DNA from: Octopus sinensis
Lineage: Eukaryota
Direction of reading: 5' to 3'
NCBI RefSeq assembly: GCF_006345805.1
Contig: NC_043004.1
Location: forward strand, 63,860,001-63,924,000
Length of the DNA: 64,000 nt
The notes under the pieces: model-generated
Seen by the model: only the letters and a program-made list of their open reading frames with translations
The model's database searches: none
What the model was told of the DNA's origin: nothing
Made by a program: the position numbers and the translations under genes
In this document: one piece after another, positions 28,211 to 40,340 of the stretch
Layout of the letters: every line of letters begins with the position of its first letter
Position numbering within the stretch: position 1 is the stretch's first letter

Positions 28211-28393
28211 CTATATTCGCGAACAGTGTCCATAATCCGAATCGTCCATTTCCACGCAGTCGAGACCTTCTCTACATGGACAAATGTGTAAGGCGTCCTT
28301 CAAAATACACAGTTCTCCCTCGTCGCGCATGCGTCGACATACCAAATGTCCAGCTGCTCTCTGGCCCTTGAAACTTGGCTGGTACGCAAGAAT
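28211..28393 (-). CDS. Last coding exon of a prokineticin/astakine-like (colipase-fold) Cys-rich protein
   Basis: Acceptor atctttctctttctag|ATT; reads ILAYQPSFKGQRAAGHLVCRRMRDEGELCILKDALHICPCREGLDCVEMDDSDYGHCSRI* (60 aa, TAG at 28213-28211), in phase with the upstream exon. Confidence 0.92.
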   Translation of the reverse strand: MLAYQPSFKGQRAAGHLVCRRMRDEGELCILKDALHICPCREGLDCVEMDDSDYGHCSRI

Positions 28394-29304
28394 CTAGAAA
28401 GAGAAAGATATAATTCAATACATACTTTGTCAATATTAGTAAGACAGAATGGGTGACGTTGATGGGTGTCAATCTGTTCGTATGCAGAGAAGAGAAATGG
28501 AAACTGGGGCTTCAGGACTGCGCTATCGTCAGAAAAATAAGGGAAAAACAGTGCAAAATGTAACGTCCTTTTTCTTCTCTCTCTCTCTCTCCCTTTTACT
28601 CTCTCTTTCTCTTTCTCTCTCTCCCTCTCCCTCTCTCTTTCTCTCTTTCTCTTCTTTCTCTCTCTCCCTTTCTCTCTCTCCCTCTCTCTCTTTCTCTCAC
28701 TCACAAACACACACAAAAGAAATAACAATCACGAAGCATTAGATTTATCTTCACCCTACGGCACATGAAATTACATTTACAAACATTATTGCAAATTTTC
28801 CCCGACGGAGATCCCCTTCGTTTCTTCATCTAAGGTTTGTTTTATTTGTTTGCGTTTTACCGTTGAAGATAATGCTTCTGATTGAAATACAAACTCAATA
28901 ATTTCTTGGAAGGAGATTAGTCTATACCAACATTTCCAGTAATTCACTGGTATTTTATCGTATTGAACCCGGAAGGATAAAAGGGAGGATTTGAACTCAA
29001 ATAGTACCGAGCCTTAAATAGATGCCCTGTTTTCTAGGAATTCTACCATTGAAATCTGATATTATTACAACACTAGCGATAACGCAATCGCTCAACTCAT
29101 TCTCCTATTTAATTTTATGAAAAATCTTCGACATTTTAAAACCTAAATGTGTTTTTAAGTTAAATTTCTGCTTTAATGCATTCGTCTTTAAATCGACATA
29201 TTAGTGATAACAAGCTAACAAACATGAAGACAGCATAAACAGCTAACAAAATAAATGTTCGTGTATTCCCTCACCCTTGAAAGACCTAAACCCTATAACA
29301 AAAT

Positions 29305-29520
29305 ATATATACATTTCTTTACTGCTCACAAGGGGCTAAACATAGAGGGGACAAACGGATTATATCGACCCAGTGCGAAACTGGTACTTTATTTATCTAC
29401 CCCGAAAGGATGAAAGGCAAAGTCGACCTCGGCGGAATTTGAACTCAGAACGTAACAACAGACGAAATACCGCTAAGCATTCTGCCCGGCATGCTAACGT
29501 TTCTGCCAGCTCGCTGCCCT
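29305..29520 (-). mobile_element. SINE inside the intron of the Cys-rich gene
   Basis: gaaaggatgaaaggcaaagtcgacctcggcggaatttgaactcagaacg...gctaacgtttctgccagctcgc. Confidence 0.88.
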
Positions 29521-30179
29521 CTAGAACAATATATATATCATTACTGCTATCATGAATTTGACGAAAATGGTGCGGCAACATAATAACTCTTTATGCCAGC
29601 ATTTTCCACTCGGGGTTCCCCTGGAAACTGAGGTTTCACGGAAGGTTACCGCCTGTTACACGTTAAATAGGAATAAATAACTATACGTCAATGTCACTGG
29701 GAGCCACTTTTGTACTTAGTTCTATATTCCTAATTTTCCTATACATGCACGACATATTCGTTAATTTTGCAGCTGTTAGTAGCAAGGTACCCCACAGTGA
29801 AAAAATGGCTTGTTAGTATAATTATTTAAATCTAAACAAGGTATTGGTTGAGACAAAATTCTTTAAGCTTCCTTTGTGATGTCTGATGGATTTTTCGTGC
29901 TAAAACTTTCAAAGAGTTTTAAGATACTTTAATATTTTGTTTATGAAATTTAACTCTATGAAAATAATAATAAATATTACTAAACCTATATATTAAATTT
30001 TATGTTGGGTTATGTAATTTCATGTCCTGAGACATGGACTGAAAGTACACGAATCTTCTACAAAGCTCTTGAAAATTGAATGCAGTGTGTTACTTAAGTC
30101 CACTAGTTGTGAACAGCTGACATTTTGTTATACCCTTTCACAAGCAAAGATGCTGTGTTTAACAACAAATCATCTAGTG

Positions 30180-30885
30180 TCTCCAATAGGCACAAGATAC
30201 TAAATTCTAAGGGAGCATTATTTTGAATCCAGAGCTTCACAAGTACTTGGTTTAATGCCTCTTAAAGGGATGAAAGATAAACTCGGCTATATTGTTATTT
30301 GAATTCAGAACGTATAGACGTTATGTATTTTGTCTGACGTGCTAATGATTCTATCAGCTCACGCCTTAACACCAATAATGATAATAATTCCTTTCTCCTT
30401 CAAGCACAGAGAGATAGATTTCATAGACAGCAACTAGTTGACTGCATGGACCTCAGTGATCAACAAGATACTTATTCTACCACTCAGTATGGATGAAAGT
30501 CAAAGTCATCTTGACGGAAGTGTACAGAGTAGATCGCATCGAATATTTGAGCGATCACTGGAGAGGTGAAAGGCAAATTTCACCTCAGCCGGATTCTAAC
30601 TTGGTATGTAAAGAGCCGGAAATAACACTTCAATGAAATTCTCCAACGCTCTAAAGATTCTACCAATAATAATGGATTCAGATGTTAGCAAAAAGCTAGT
30701 AATTTTAGGGTAAGGAATAAATCGATGTCATCGACCACTTTGCTCGAATGGTATTTATTTTATTGATCTCCAAAGTACGAAAGGCAAAGTCGAATTCAGT
30801 CATACTTTTACTGGGAACTGAAAGGCAGAAGAAGTCCGCTAGCCATTTTGTTCAGCGCAGAAATGATTTTGCCGGCTCGTTGCCA
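30180..30885 (-). mobile_element. Cluster of strongly diverged SINE fragments (intronic)
   Basis: Degenerate gatgaaag(g/t)caaagtc motifs at ~30270, 30495, 30568 and 30780. Confidence 0.6.
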
Positions 30886-31001
30886 ATTCTACATATAATA
30901 AATGTTTCCGATTTATAGATTCAGATTCAGTTTACTTAAACTGAGTTCTTTTATAAAATTCAGCTTATGATATTAAAATATAGACACTACAAACAACTCA
31001 C

Positions 31002-31139
31002 CTCTGTGACACAGCAATGGTCTGGAGGACATGACGTCAGATTCTTTGGCTGGCATTCCTCTTCATTATCTAATGGAAAACTATCATCATCTGTGGTTTC
31101 TTCTTGATCTACAGGAGCAACAGGATTCCCATAGATGAC
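31002..31139 (-). CDS. Internal coding exon of the same prokineticin/astakine-like gene
   Basis: Acceptor atttcttgcgtctttcag|GTC, donor GAG|gtgagt; 138 nt, phase 0/0; reads VIYGNPVAPVDQEETTDDDSFPLDNEEECQPKNLTSCPPDHCCVTE. Confidence 0.92.
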
Positions 31140-31909
31140 CTGAAAGACGCAAGAAATATAGACACTTTGAGAACAAATCTCAGCCTTATAACTGTAAAAA
31201 ATCCTTAATTTACTTCTCTACCGCAATACTCCAAGAAAACCAGAATACTCTTCTTATTTCATTTATATATTCATGATATATCCAAAGCTGTATTGTTATT
31301 ATGTGGGGGTCATTAATCCGTGTTATAATTGGATACAGGATTTTTGCAACATTAAGTGTTAGATATAATTTATCTTTAGCCAGTATTATTCTTAATATTT
31401 CTAATATTTCGTTGTGTGATTTTGTTTCCTTTTTAACTGATCCTATTCGAAATATTTTATTATTGAAGTGTTCTTAAGGGATATAAATTCGTTGATGAGA
31501 TTCATTGGAATATTTGGAATATAGGAGCCAATGACGTTGTCTCTAGCGGTAGAGTGTTCTGCTAGATATATCATCCAAATATCTTTGAAATAACATCTTA
31601 TTGTCTTAAAAATAAAGACAGATATATCGGTCGATGTATTCCATGATATCCGGAAAAACTGGAATGTCATCACTGTCTGCAAACACATTTTATCACAGAT
31701 TTGCTTCATTAGGGGAAACAATATTTTTCTAAATATTAATTTTTCGTTTTCATGTACCTAAACGCACACATTGAATGTTTGTAAAAGTCATGTTTTTGTG
31801 TAAATGTAAGAGGCGTTTTGAAGGAGAGGCAATAATAACTATCCTAAATTATTGTAATTTTAGTATATCATTATTATACATCTAATAAGTCAACCTGCTA
31901 ACTTTTTAT

Positions 31910-32280
31910 TGAAGATTGGCGGAAACGCCTGACAATACTTTGGACACACTCTACTAAAGACGGTTTATTACAATTCCATCCTAGTAACATTACTACTTGA
32001 CAGAAATTAGCATCATTCCATCCCTTGCTCTCTGTAACAATTGGTTGTACCTCAAACTGAGGAGAATTTAGAGGCAATCGTTTTGAAGGCATTGAAAACA
32101 TGGAGGCTGTGACAAGGCTCCTGGAACGTTCACTTTGGAGGATCCCATGGAAGTCTTCATGAAATGACTGGAGCGCTACAAGTACATTCATATCAGAGGA
32201 TGCTATTTTCAAGGAGATTAGAGATTTGTACTTCTTTGAAATTACAAAATTTCTGTCCTGAAAAAGTATCAAAACTTCAG
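31910..32280 (+). mobile_element. Mariner transposase C-terminal fragment
   Basis: FRGNRFEGIENMEAVTRLL, then with frameshifts TFTLED..VFMK*LERYK.I.IRGCYFQGD*, a typical mariner C-terminus. Confidence 0.7.
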
Positions 32281-34873
32281 AAGTGCAATTCGTATGTAGT
32301 GTGTAAGTGTATTTGTGGTGCATAATTGTATAATTGTATATAAGTGTATTTGTCATGTGTATGTCTTTGTAAATATGATTGAGTTTATATTATACAAGTA
32401 TAAAAGTTTACATACAAAAGAACATATATCATATAGAAGTGCATGTACTTGTATATATTGCGCAATTACGTGTGGGCGTCAAGGTACATGGTAACAAAAA
32501 AAATTAACATACATGTGCATTAGTGGATTCGAAACCGGATCATGCATTAAACTGACATGGGTTTACAACTACAGTGAAAAACATCTCTAATCACTCGTAA
32601 ATATCAGATTGGCTGCGTGTTCAGCAAGAAAATGACAACTCTATTTGACAGTACATTATAATGTATTTGTATGTTATATCTAGATGGCACGAAAACAACA
32701 CCCACATGAATTGGTTTCCTCTGTTTATCCTCTATGTATATAAACTTGCACAACAGGCTGTTTTGCTCATTGCTTACAGGTTATCGAGTGGTGTGCTTCC
32801 AAAACAATTATTATTTTCATAAAGCGATTGAATGATTTCCAAGTGAACACACGAATAACGAGAGTTCTTTGCCTTTAAGAAGTACAATCGTAAAGCATTT
32901 GGAAATGACTTTCTTCAGTTAAAAGGGAACCACAGATACACTACTCTGTCACACAATTTGAAAGAAATAGCAGCTAATTCTTCCTTAGCTTTTTAGACAG
33001 ACTAATTTTAGGAGGTAGACCAAGAAGTACCGTCTTTATGAATGGGCCGCAAAACGTCCGTCATGAATTGAAACCTGGCCACAAAATTAGCGACTGAGGA
33101 TAAGTTACCGTTGTTTTCGACCTAAAATTGATTGTAAGAGACTTCTCGTAATATTTTCTGAAGATTGATATTTCTAGATAACTGACAATTTCTATTCTAT
33201 ATATGGTGGTTTATTTCTGTTCGAGCGCAACCCACTCGTTATATTTTATGATGAGAATTTACAACCAATTTTATTTCTATCAGTTGTTTTATCTCTATTC
33301 AAGATGAAAAACTGTTCGTTTTAACAGTTTCAAATATAATCTTGTAATCAACTCAAAATGTTCTCTGTGATTTGTTTCTGCTGAAGGCCAAATCTAACAT
33401 TTGTATAGCTTCTCACCGGCATTATATTATTTCCTTACTCTATAATTTCTTTTTCCTTATTTTCGTTTATTTTAGAGTTACTTATATTTAATTCTTTTAT
33501 TTAAATCAAGTGGATAAATAGTTTTGCTTTAGGGAGCTTCTATACAAATATTTCATGAAGACCTTCTTGCTTGACGAAACGCTGTATTGAAAATGGTTGC
33601 CAAACTTAAAAATCTTCTGCTTTATGAATGAATCTTTTATCAATTCTTTTTACAGCGAGTTACTTAAGCTCGAATGACCAAACACCTTCAATTGCTTACC
33701 GTTTCTATGATTTCGCTTTCATAAAGGAAAATAAAACGAATCTTGGTGTCTGATGGTTAAAGAATAACACAAAAAGCCATCAATACTTTATTACAACCAA
33801 AACAGAATCCTTTCTTATCTTCCAGAGAGGCTAGCGCAGAATTTTTCCTTGAATTCATATGGAGTTGAAACCAAATGAAAGCTTGGAAAGTCACCGATGT
33901 AGAGCGGGTTACGAGATGGGGGGAAATGGAATGGGTGATACTGTTACTAAACATAAAAATATTTATTTAACTGAAGCTTGAAGCGATGGTGATTTTTTTA
34001 GCATTTAGAGAAATGGGTGCAAATGTTTGAAAATATTCTTTAAACAAATGGCACTATATAAACACACACCACACACACACACACACACACACGCATACTT
34101 ATATCCCCTCTTGACATATAGCTGTCTGTTATATTGATCAATATTTTATAGATGCGCTAGGCTATGATTTGTTATAATGGTTTCCAAACCAGTAAACATA
34201 AGCATAAACATAAACACACATAGAGACAAATATATACACATAGGCACTCGTACACACATCACCTACATATACATATAAATATAGATAAGTGAATATGTAT
34301 ATTCATATGTATATATATATATATACTCTTTTTTTAACACTTTTTTATTTTGTTTCAGTCATATGACTGCGGTCATGCTGGAGCACGCCCTTTATATATA
34401 TGTATGTATATGTATAATATATATATATAATATATATATATATCTATATATATATATATATGTAATATAAAACCTTTATTTAAGTAATATACATATCATA
34501 CTGTAATATATATGTGTGTGTGTATGTGTATGTATGTGTGTGTGAGTGCGTGCGTGTTTGTGTGTGTGTGATGTACTTATATCTGTCAATGGAATATCGC
34601 CAAGCTGGGTCAGTGCATTTTTGGGTTATAATCGATTATATCGAACAGAGCATGATTTTGCTTTTCCATCAACTAGTATTTCTTTTATCCGAATCGGAAG
34701 AATGAAAGGCACGGTGACTCTTGGTAGGCACCGAGCTATGAAGTACACACATACACATACATAGATACATACATATATATATAATATATATATATATAAT
34801 ATATATATGTATATACAGTTATATACATATATATATATGTACATAAATGTATATACATATGTATATATATATG

Positions 34874-34930
<57 letters not shown>

Positions 34931-34934
<4 letters not shown>

Positions 34935-35625
34935 CGTATTTTTGCCATTTCAATATGGCTAACCCCTAAGGGTGGATGCTACTGTAGTTTTTAGCCCCAG
35001 GAGGAAACACTCCTCCACCTGGCCATAGACACACTATCTGTGTCCTGTCAGTATTGCAAAAGGAAGTCATCCTTCCCGTCTTCAACTTATGATACACACG
35101 GACTCGAGAGTTTCGAGTATTGGACCTCTCGTCAGCGTGTGACAATCACAGTTGTCGCCGAGCGAGATTAGATTTCCTTCACAAAACTTATACTTTTCCA
35201 GCGCCCACTGTCGCTGATATTGAAAAGTGAATCAAACAATGATAAATATCAAAGTGAGTTATATACAGAGGTAACACATCGTGACGTATTTTTGCCATTT
35301 CAATATGGCTAACCCCTAAGGGTGGATGCTACTGTAGTTTTTAGCCCCAGGAGGCCACCCTCCTCCAGCTGGCCATAGACACACTATCTGTGTCCTGTCA
35401 GTATTTGCAAAGGGAAGTCATCCTTCCCGTCTTCAACTTATGATACACACGGACTCGAGTTTCGAGGTATTGACACAGATAGTGTGTCTATGGCCAGCTG
35501 GAGGAGTATGTCCTCCTGGGGCTAAAAACTACAGTAGCATCCACCCTTAGGGTTGCCATATTGAAATGGCAAAAATACGTCACGATGTGTTACGCTACTG
35601 TATAACTCACTTTGATATTTATCAT
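34931..35625 (-). mobile_element. Non-coding 350-bp tandem repeat with terminal inversion (retrozyme / Penelope pLTR-like)
   Basis: Unit 1 34931-35280; unit 2 35281-35471 (partial); 35472-35625 is the reverse complement of ~35239-35394; flanked by (TA)n on both sides. Confidence 0.85.
35091..35147 (-). ncRNA. Type I hammerhead ribozyme
   Basis: Minus strand gattgt-CACACG-CUGACGA-GAG(guccaaua)CUC-GAAA-CUCUCGAG-UC/-CGUGUG-uauc: full catalytic core, 6-bp stem I, 3-bp stem II, short stem III, GUC cleavage triplet (cut between 35101 and 35100). Confidence 0.88.
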
Positions 35626-35648
35626 ATATATATATATATATATATGTT

Positions 35649-35682
<34 letters not shown>

Positions 35683-36682
35683 CTGTATGTCTCAAATAAA
35701 ATACTTGCGTACAGTAAGGCTTTGTTCTTTGTTTAAGTTGCTTCTTTTGTTGTTTTGAAATTTCTATATTCCTTACAATCCAATAATTTTATTTCGAAAT
35801 CTACACCCTTCCCGCAAACAAAAAGTAACAAGATTGCAATATACATAATAATCAACTTCCATTATTTATTCGATCCAGGTAATTTTATAAAGCAATATCT
35901 CAAGTATTTGTAGGAGCAGATGCATAAGTCACATGTGACAAAAAATGTACAGAAAATGTCTGTTAAAATTCGTCGAAATGTACAATGAAAGCAAAATCCA
36001 ACAGAATATTGCAGCTATTTCTTGTATATTAAGAAGGTTTCCACATTTTTGTGCAATATTGTGCATATGAGTGACAATTCTAAAATCATCCAAACTATAA
36101 AAGGAATTTATTAAAGGCCAATCTCACAGATTGGCTTGAAAAAGTAAACAGTCAAATTAGTACAATCTACATTCTTTTCCCACTTCATTCTGATGCTTTT
36201 GTGTTCTGACTAAATCCAAATCTATGTCAGTAAAAGCATCGCCTTTACGCGCGCTCTAAGTAGAATTAGAGACATTTAACAAATTTTCTGTCGGATCCAA
36301 ATTAATATCTGGCATTGGTCGGATATTTACTAGTTTGTCGATCTCCAGTGTTATAGTGGAGATATCCTTTGGAAGGCACTTACGACACTTGTGAATTAAG
36401 AAGCATTTTTCGAATTTAATCTTCGTATTTATTAATATTCGTATAATGTTTGTCTTTCATAGAATATCTACTTAACTTTTCATCTTTGCATGCAACATCC
36501 CTGTTTGTATGAGATGGAAAAATGCTTGGCAACAAACAAATTATTATTTATTCTTCTGTTCCAATATACATATGTATGTATGCATGTATGTATGTATATA
36601 TTTATGTGTGTATGTATGTATGTGTGCATGCATCTGTCTGTCACCCTTTCTCTCTCTCTTTCTCCCGCTGCAAATATTTGAC

Positions 36683-36742
36683 TATAAACATGTTAATATA
36701 TACATATACATATATGTATATGTATATATTAACATGTTTATA
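36683..36742. repeat. Perfect 60-bp palindrome without spacer
   Basis: tataaacatgttaatatatacatatacata|tatgtatatgtatatattaacatgtttata. Confidence 0.95.
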
Positions 36743-36903
36743 CTCACATATATGTATATGCATAAATATATATATGCATATACATACACATATATATATG
36801 TATATATATATACATATGCATATACTATATATATATGATATATATATATATATTATATATATATGTGTGTGTATATGCATATATATATAGATATAGATAT
36901 ATA

Positions 36904-36955
<52 letters not shown>

Positions 36956-36985
36956 TGTATGTATGAATATATATATGCATATATG

Positions 36986-37036
<51 letters not shown>

Positions 37037-37274
37037 TTATACATATCTATTATATATATCTATATTTATATATACATATCTATATTTATACATATCTCTC
37101 TCTCTATATATATATATATATGTTGTATATATATATATGTTTATATATATATGTATATATTATATATATATATATATATGATATATATATATGATATATA
37201 TATATATATAATATATATTATATATATATATAGAATACATATATATATATATATATATATATAATGTATATATA

Positions 37275-37356
<82 letters not shown>

Positions 37357-37605
37357 CATTCCACTCAAATAATGGAATGCAAATACAATCCTTAAATATC
37401 ACGCTTGTATATTCATTCTCTTACTTCCCTGTATTTCATATATTCTCTACAATAATTAATCTCAAAAATTTTCTTGCACCGTCTCTGAGGAAGGAACATA
37501 TAAAATATCCCGGAAACAGCTTAAGTTTCTTGATAAATGGTATGAAATATATCTACTACCTTGGATATTTATCTCATACTATATATAATATATATATATA
37601 TATAT

Positions 37606-37696
37606 ACTCTCCTCTGACACAACAATATTTATAATATATATATATATATAATATATATATATATATATTATAAATATTGTTGTGTCAGAGGAGAGT
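37606..37696. repeat. Perfect 30-bp inverted repeat around a (TA)n spacer
   Basis: actctcctctgacacaacaatatttataat ... attataaatattgttgtgtcagaggagagt. Confidence 0.95.
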
Positions 37697-38543
37697 CATT
37701 TTCATTTAGTACCTTATTATTTAACACAGTCAACGGTAAACTTTCCACCTTTATTTTTACTAAAACTTTCCTTGCGTCTTGCAACCTTGTCAATAGTCGT
37801 TGACTCTGTCCAGTATTCGAGCTGCGTTATTTTTCTTTGCCTGTGCGCCTGTGTGTGGGGGGGGGAGCAGTATGTGTGCGCATACACATATATGTATGCA
37901 TGTATGTATGTATGCATGTGTGTGTGTATAGATGTATGTGTGTGTGTGGTGCATATGCATATATGTATGTATATGTGTATGTTTGCATGTATGTGTGCGT
38001 GTGTAACTCTATCTCGTCGTGTAAACTGAAGTGTGTGTGTGTTTCCCTGCTCATAAAATCCATTTACCTATCCGTATATGTATATCCATATATATATATA
38101 TATATATATATTTCTATTGAATTTTTGGCCACCCTATATTGATTAATTGATGATTTTCTGACTAATTCTGAAATTAAATCAGCAGTTTATATTTGCTGCT
38201 GATAAGTTTGGCGCGATTACGGTAGTTTTCGAAAATTTTAGGGCAGACATTCCCGAAGCATAGATACTACTGCCTCGTGTATGTCTGTCTCTCCTGGCTT
38301 CTTTACCGATGAGATGTGGCCTTTGGTAGATCGACTTAATTAAGTTTAATTTAATTTAATTAGGCTGGTATGCCATTAAAAACATTGAAACAATGCATTG
38401 TCTAAAGTGAATAGGGTAAATGTTTTTTAATTTTCCTTTAATTTCTAAATACTATTATGGCGGTTTGAGTCCTGGCTGCTCTTTCAAGTGGGTCGAATGG
38501 CCTATTTGAGGCCGTTCCTCAATTGTTGTTGAATATATATATA

Positions 38544-38576
<33 letters not shown>

Positions 38577-39057
38577 ACAAGGATAAGATCGTTATTTAAA
38601 ATACCGATCATATCAAGTGGGAATAAAAACCTCATAGGTAATAATTATTATTAAAATTATAATGAAGGGTATCTAAAAGATACCATCATGCTGGATATAG
38701 TAGTCAAACCTTGACTCTAAAACCACATCAAGTATTCATACAGCATCAGGAGAGAAGACAAAGCGACAAAATAAACTAGCAAAAAGATTATTCTACTTTG
38801 AAAACAGAGAGGAAGTTGCCACGGATCTTGATCAAGAACAAGGATCACTTTACACCAATGAAGTACAGACAACAGAGTCAACACCACAGTAGACTACCAC
38901 ACATGTACGTTTCTACACAGAAGGGCAACATTTCCATCAAGTTACTTATTGGTGTGCTAGTGCGTTCTTTTAGTAAATATGTAGATATACATGTGTACAT
39001 ATTGGTGCGTGTGCAATATATACATACATACATGCATACATACATATAATATATATT

Positions 39058-39458
39058 ACTCTTTTACTTATTTCAGTCATTTGACTGTGGCCATGCTGGA
39101 GCACCGCCTTTAGTCGAGCAAATCGATCCCGGGACTTATTCTTTGTAAGCCCAGTACTTATTCTATCGGTCTCTTTTGTCGAACCGCTAAGTGACGGGGA
39201 CGTGAACACACCAGCATCGGTTGTCAAGCAATGCTAGGGGGACAAACACAGACACACAAACACATACACGCATATATATATATATACATATATACGACAG
39301 GCTTCTTTCAGTTTCCGTCTACCAAATCCACTCACAAGGCATTGGTCGGCCCGGGGCTATAGCAGAAGACACTTGCCCAAGATGCCACGCAGTGGGACTG
39401 AACCTGGAACCATGTGGTTGGTTAGCAATCTACTGACCACACAGCCACTCCTGCGCCT
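39058..39458 (-). mobile_element. Full-length tRNA/CORE-type SINE
   Basis: Highly similar to 7766-8181 along its length. Confidence 0.9.
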
Positions 39459-39689
39459 ATATATACATATACCTATATATATATATATACATATACCTAT
39501 ATATATATACATATACCTATATATATACATATATATAGGTATATGTATGCACACACACATACACACACACTCACACACACACACATATATATACATATAT
39601 CGATGTTAACATCTTTTTCGAAGAAGACACCTTTCGCTTTAAAGTCCATAAAAATAAAGTGGTACGTGAATAAAATGGCTATAAGCCGA

Positions 39690-39960
39690 TATATATGTCA
39701 AATTGGAAAGAACATTTGCCAAAGTTGATCTAAGATTTAGACGGGCTCTCCGAAAATGGACGATGAATAATACGTGAATCTGCATGTTGTGGTCAGTGGA
39801 AAATATCGTCTGACACACCGTGAAATCTCCAAAGAAGTAGACTTCTAAATCCATTCGTGTCACTGAATTTTAAATGAAAATCTGTTGCCAGAAATTTTCT
39901 GCCGGATCACTTGCTTGGTTGTACTATCAATGAAGAGTTCAACTTGGTCGTCTCAAAGCG
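39690..39960 (+). mobile_element. Mariner transposase N-terminal (HTH) fragment
   Basis: Decayed GR.S...D...RL T.REISKEV...S....ILNENL pattern. Confidence 0.5.
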
Positions 39961-40340
39961 TATGAGAGAGGCAGGGTGATGGAAGATGCCTGACACGAAG
40001 ACAAAGCTTAGATGTTGCATCAAGAACCTACTCATGTGTTACTCCTTATCTGTAAGGTTTCTGTAAAGGATGAGGCGTTTATTGTTCTCAGATATCCTAC
40101 CTTGAGGATTCGGTTTAGGGACCTATTACTGTTTTCTAAGTTAGAACTGACTCTGAAATTTTGCAAGTTTCAAACGAAAGTAGAGATAGAAAGAATCTGC
40201 AGTAAGGAAACTGGAAAGTCAAGATGTAAAAGTTTTGTCCTTCATACTTGTTTCCGTTAATTCCGTTGCTCGATGAAAGAATATTAAATGCAATATATTA
40301 GATATGAGTGAAGTACCAGACAAAATTTAATTACACATTA

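Noticed and set aside
31898-32356. 152-aa minus ORF as a candidate upstream exon of the Cys-rich gene
   Set aside because: It is the antisense of a mariner transposase C-terminus and has no signal-peptide character.
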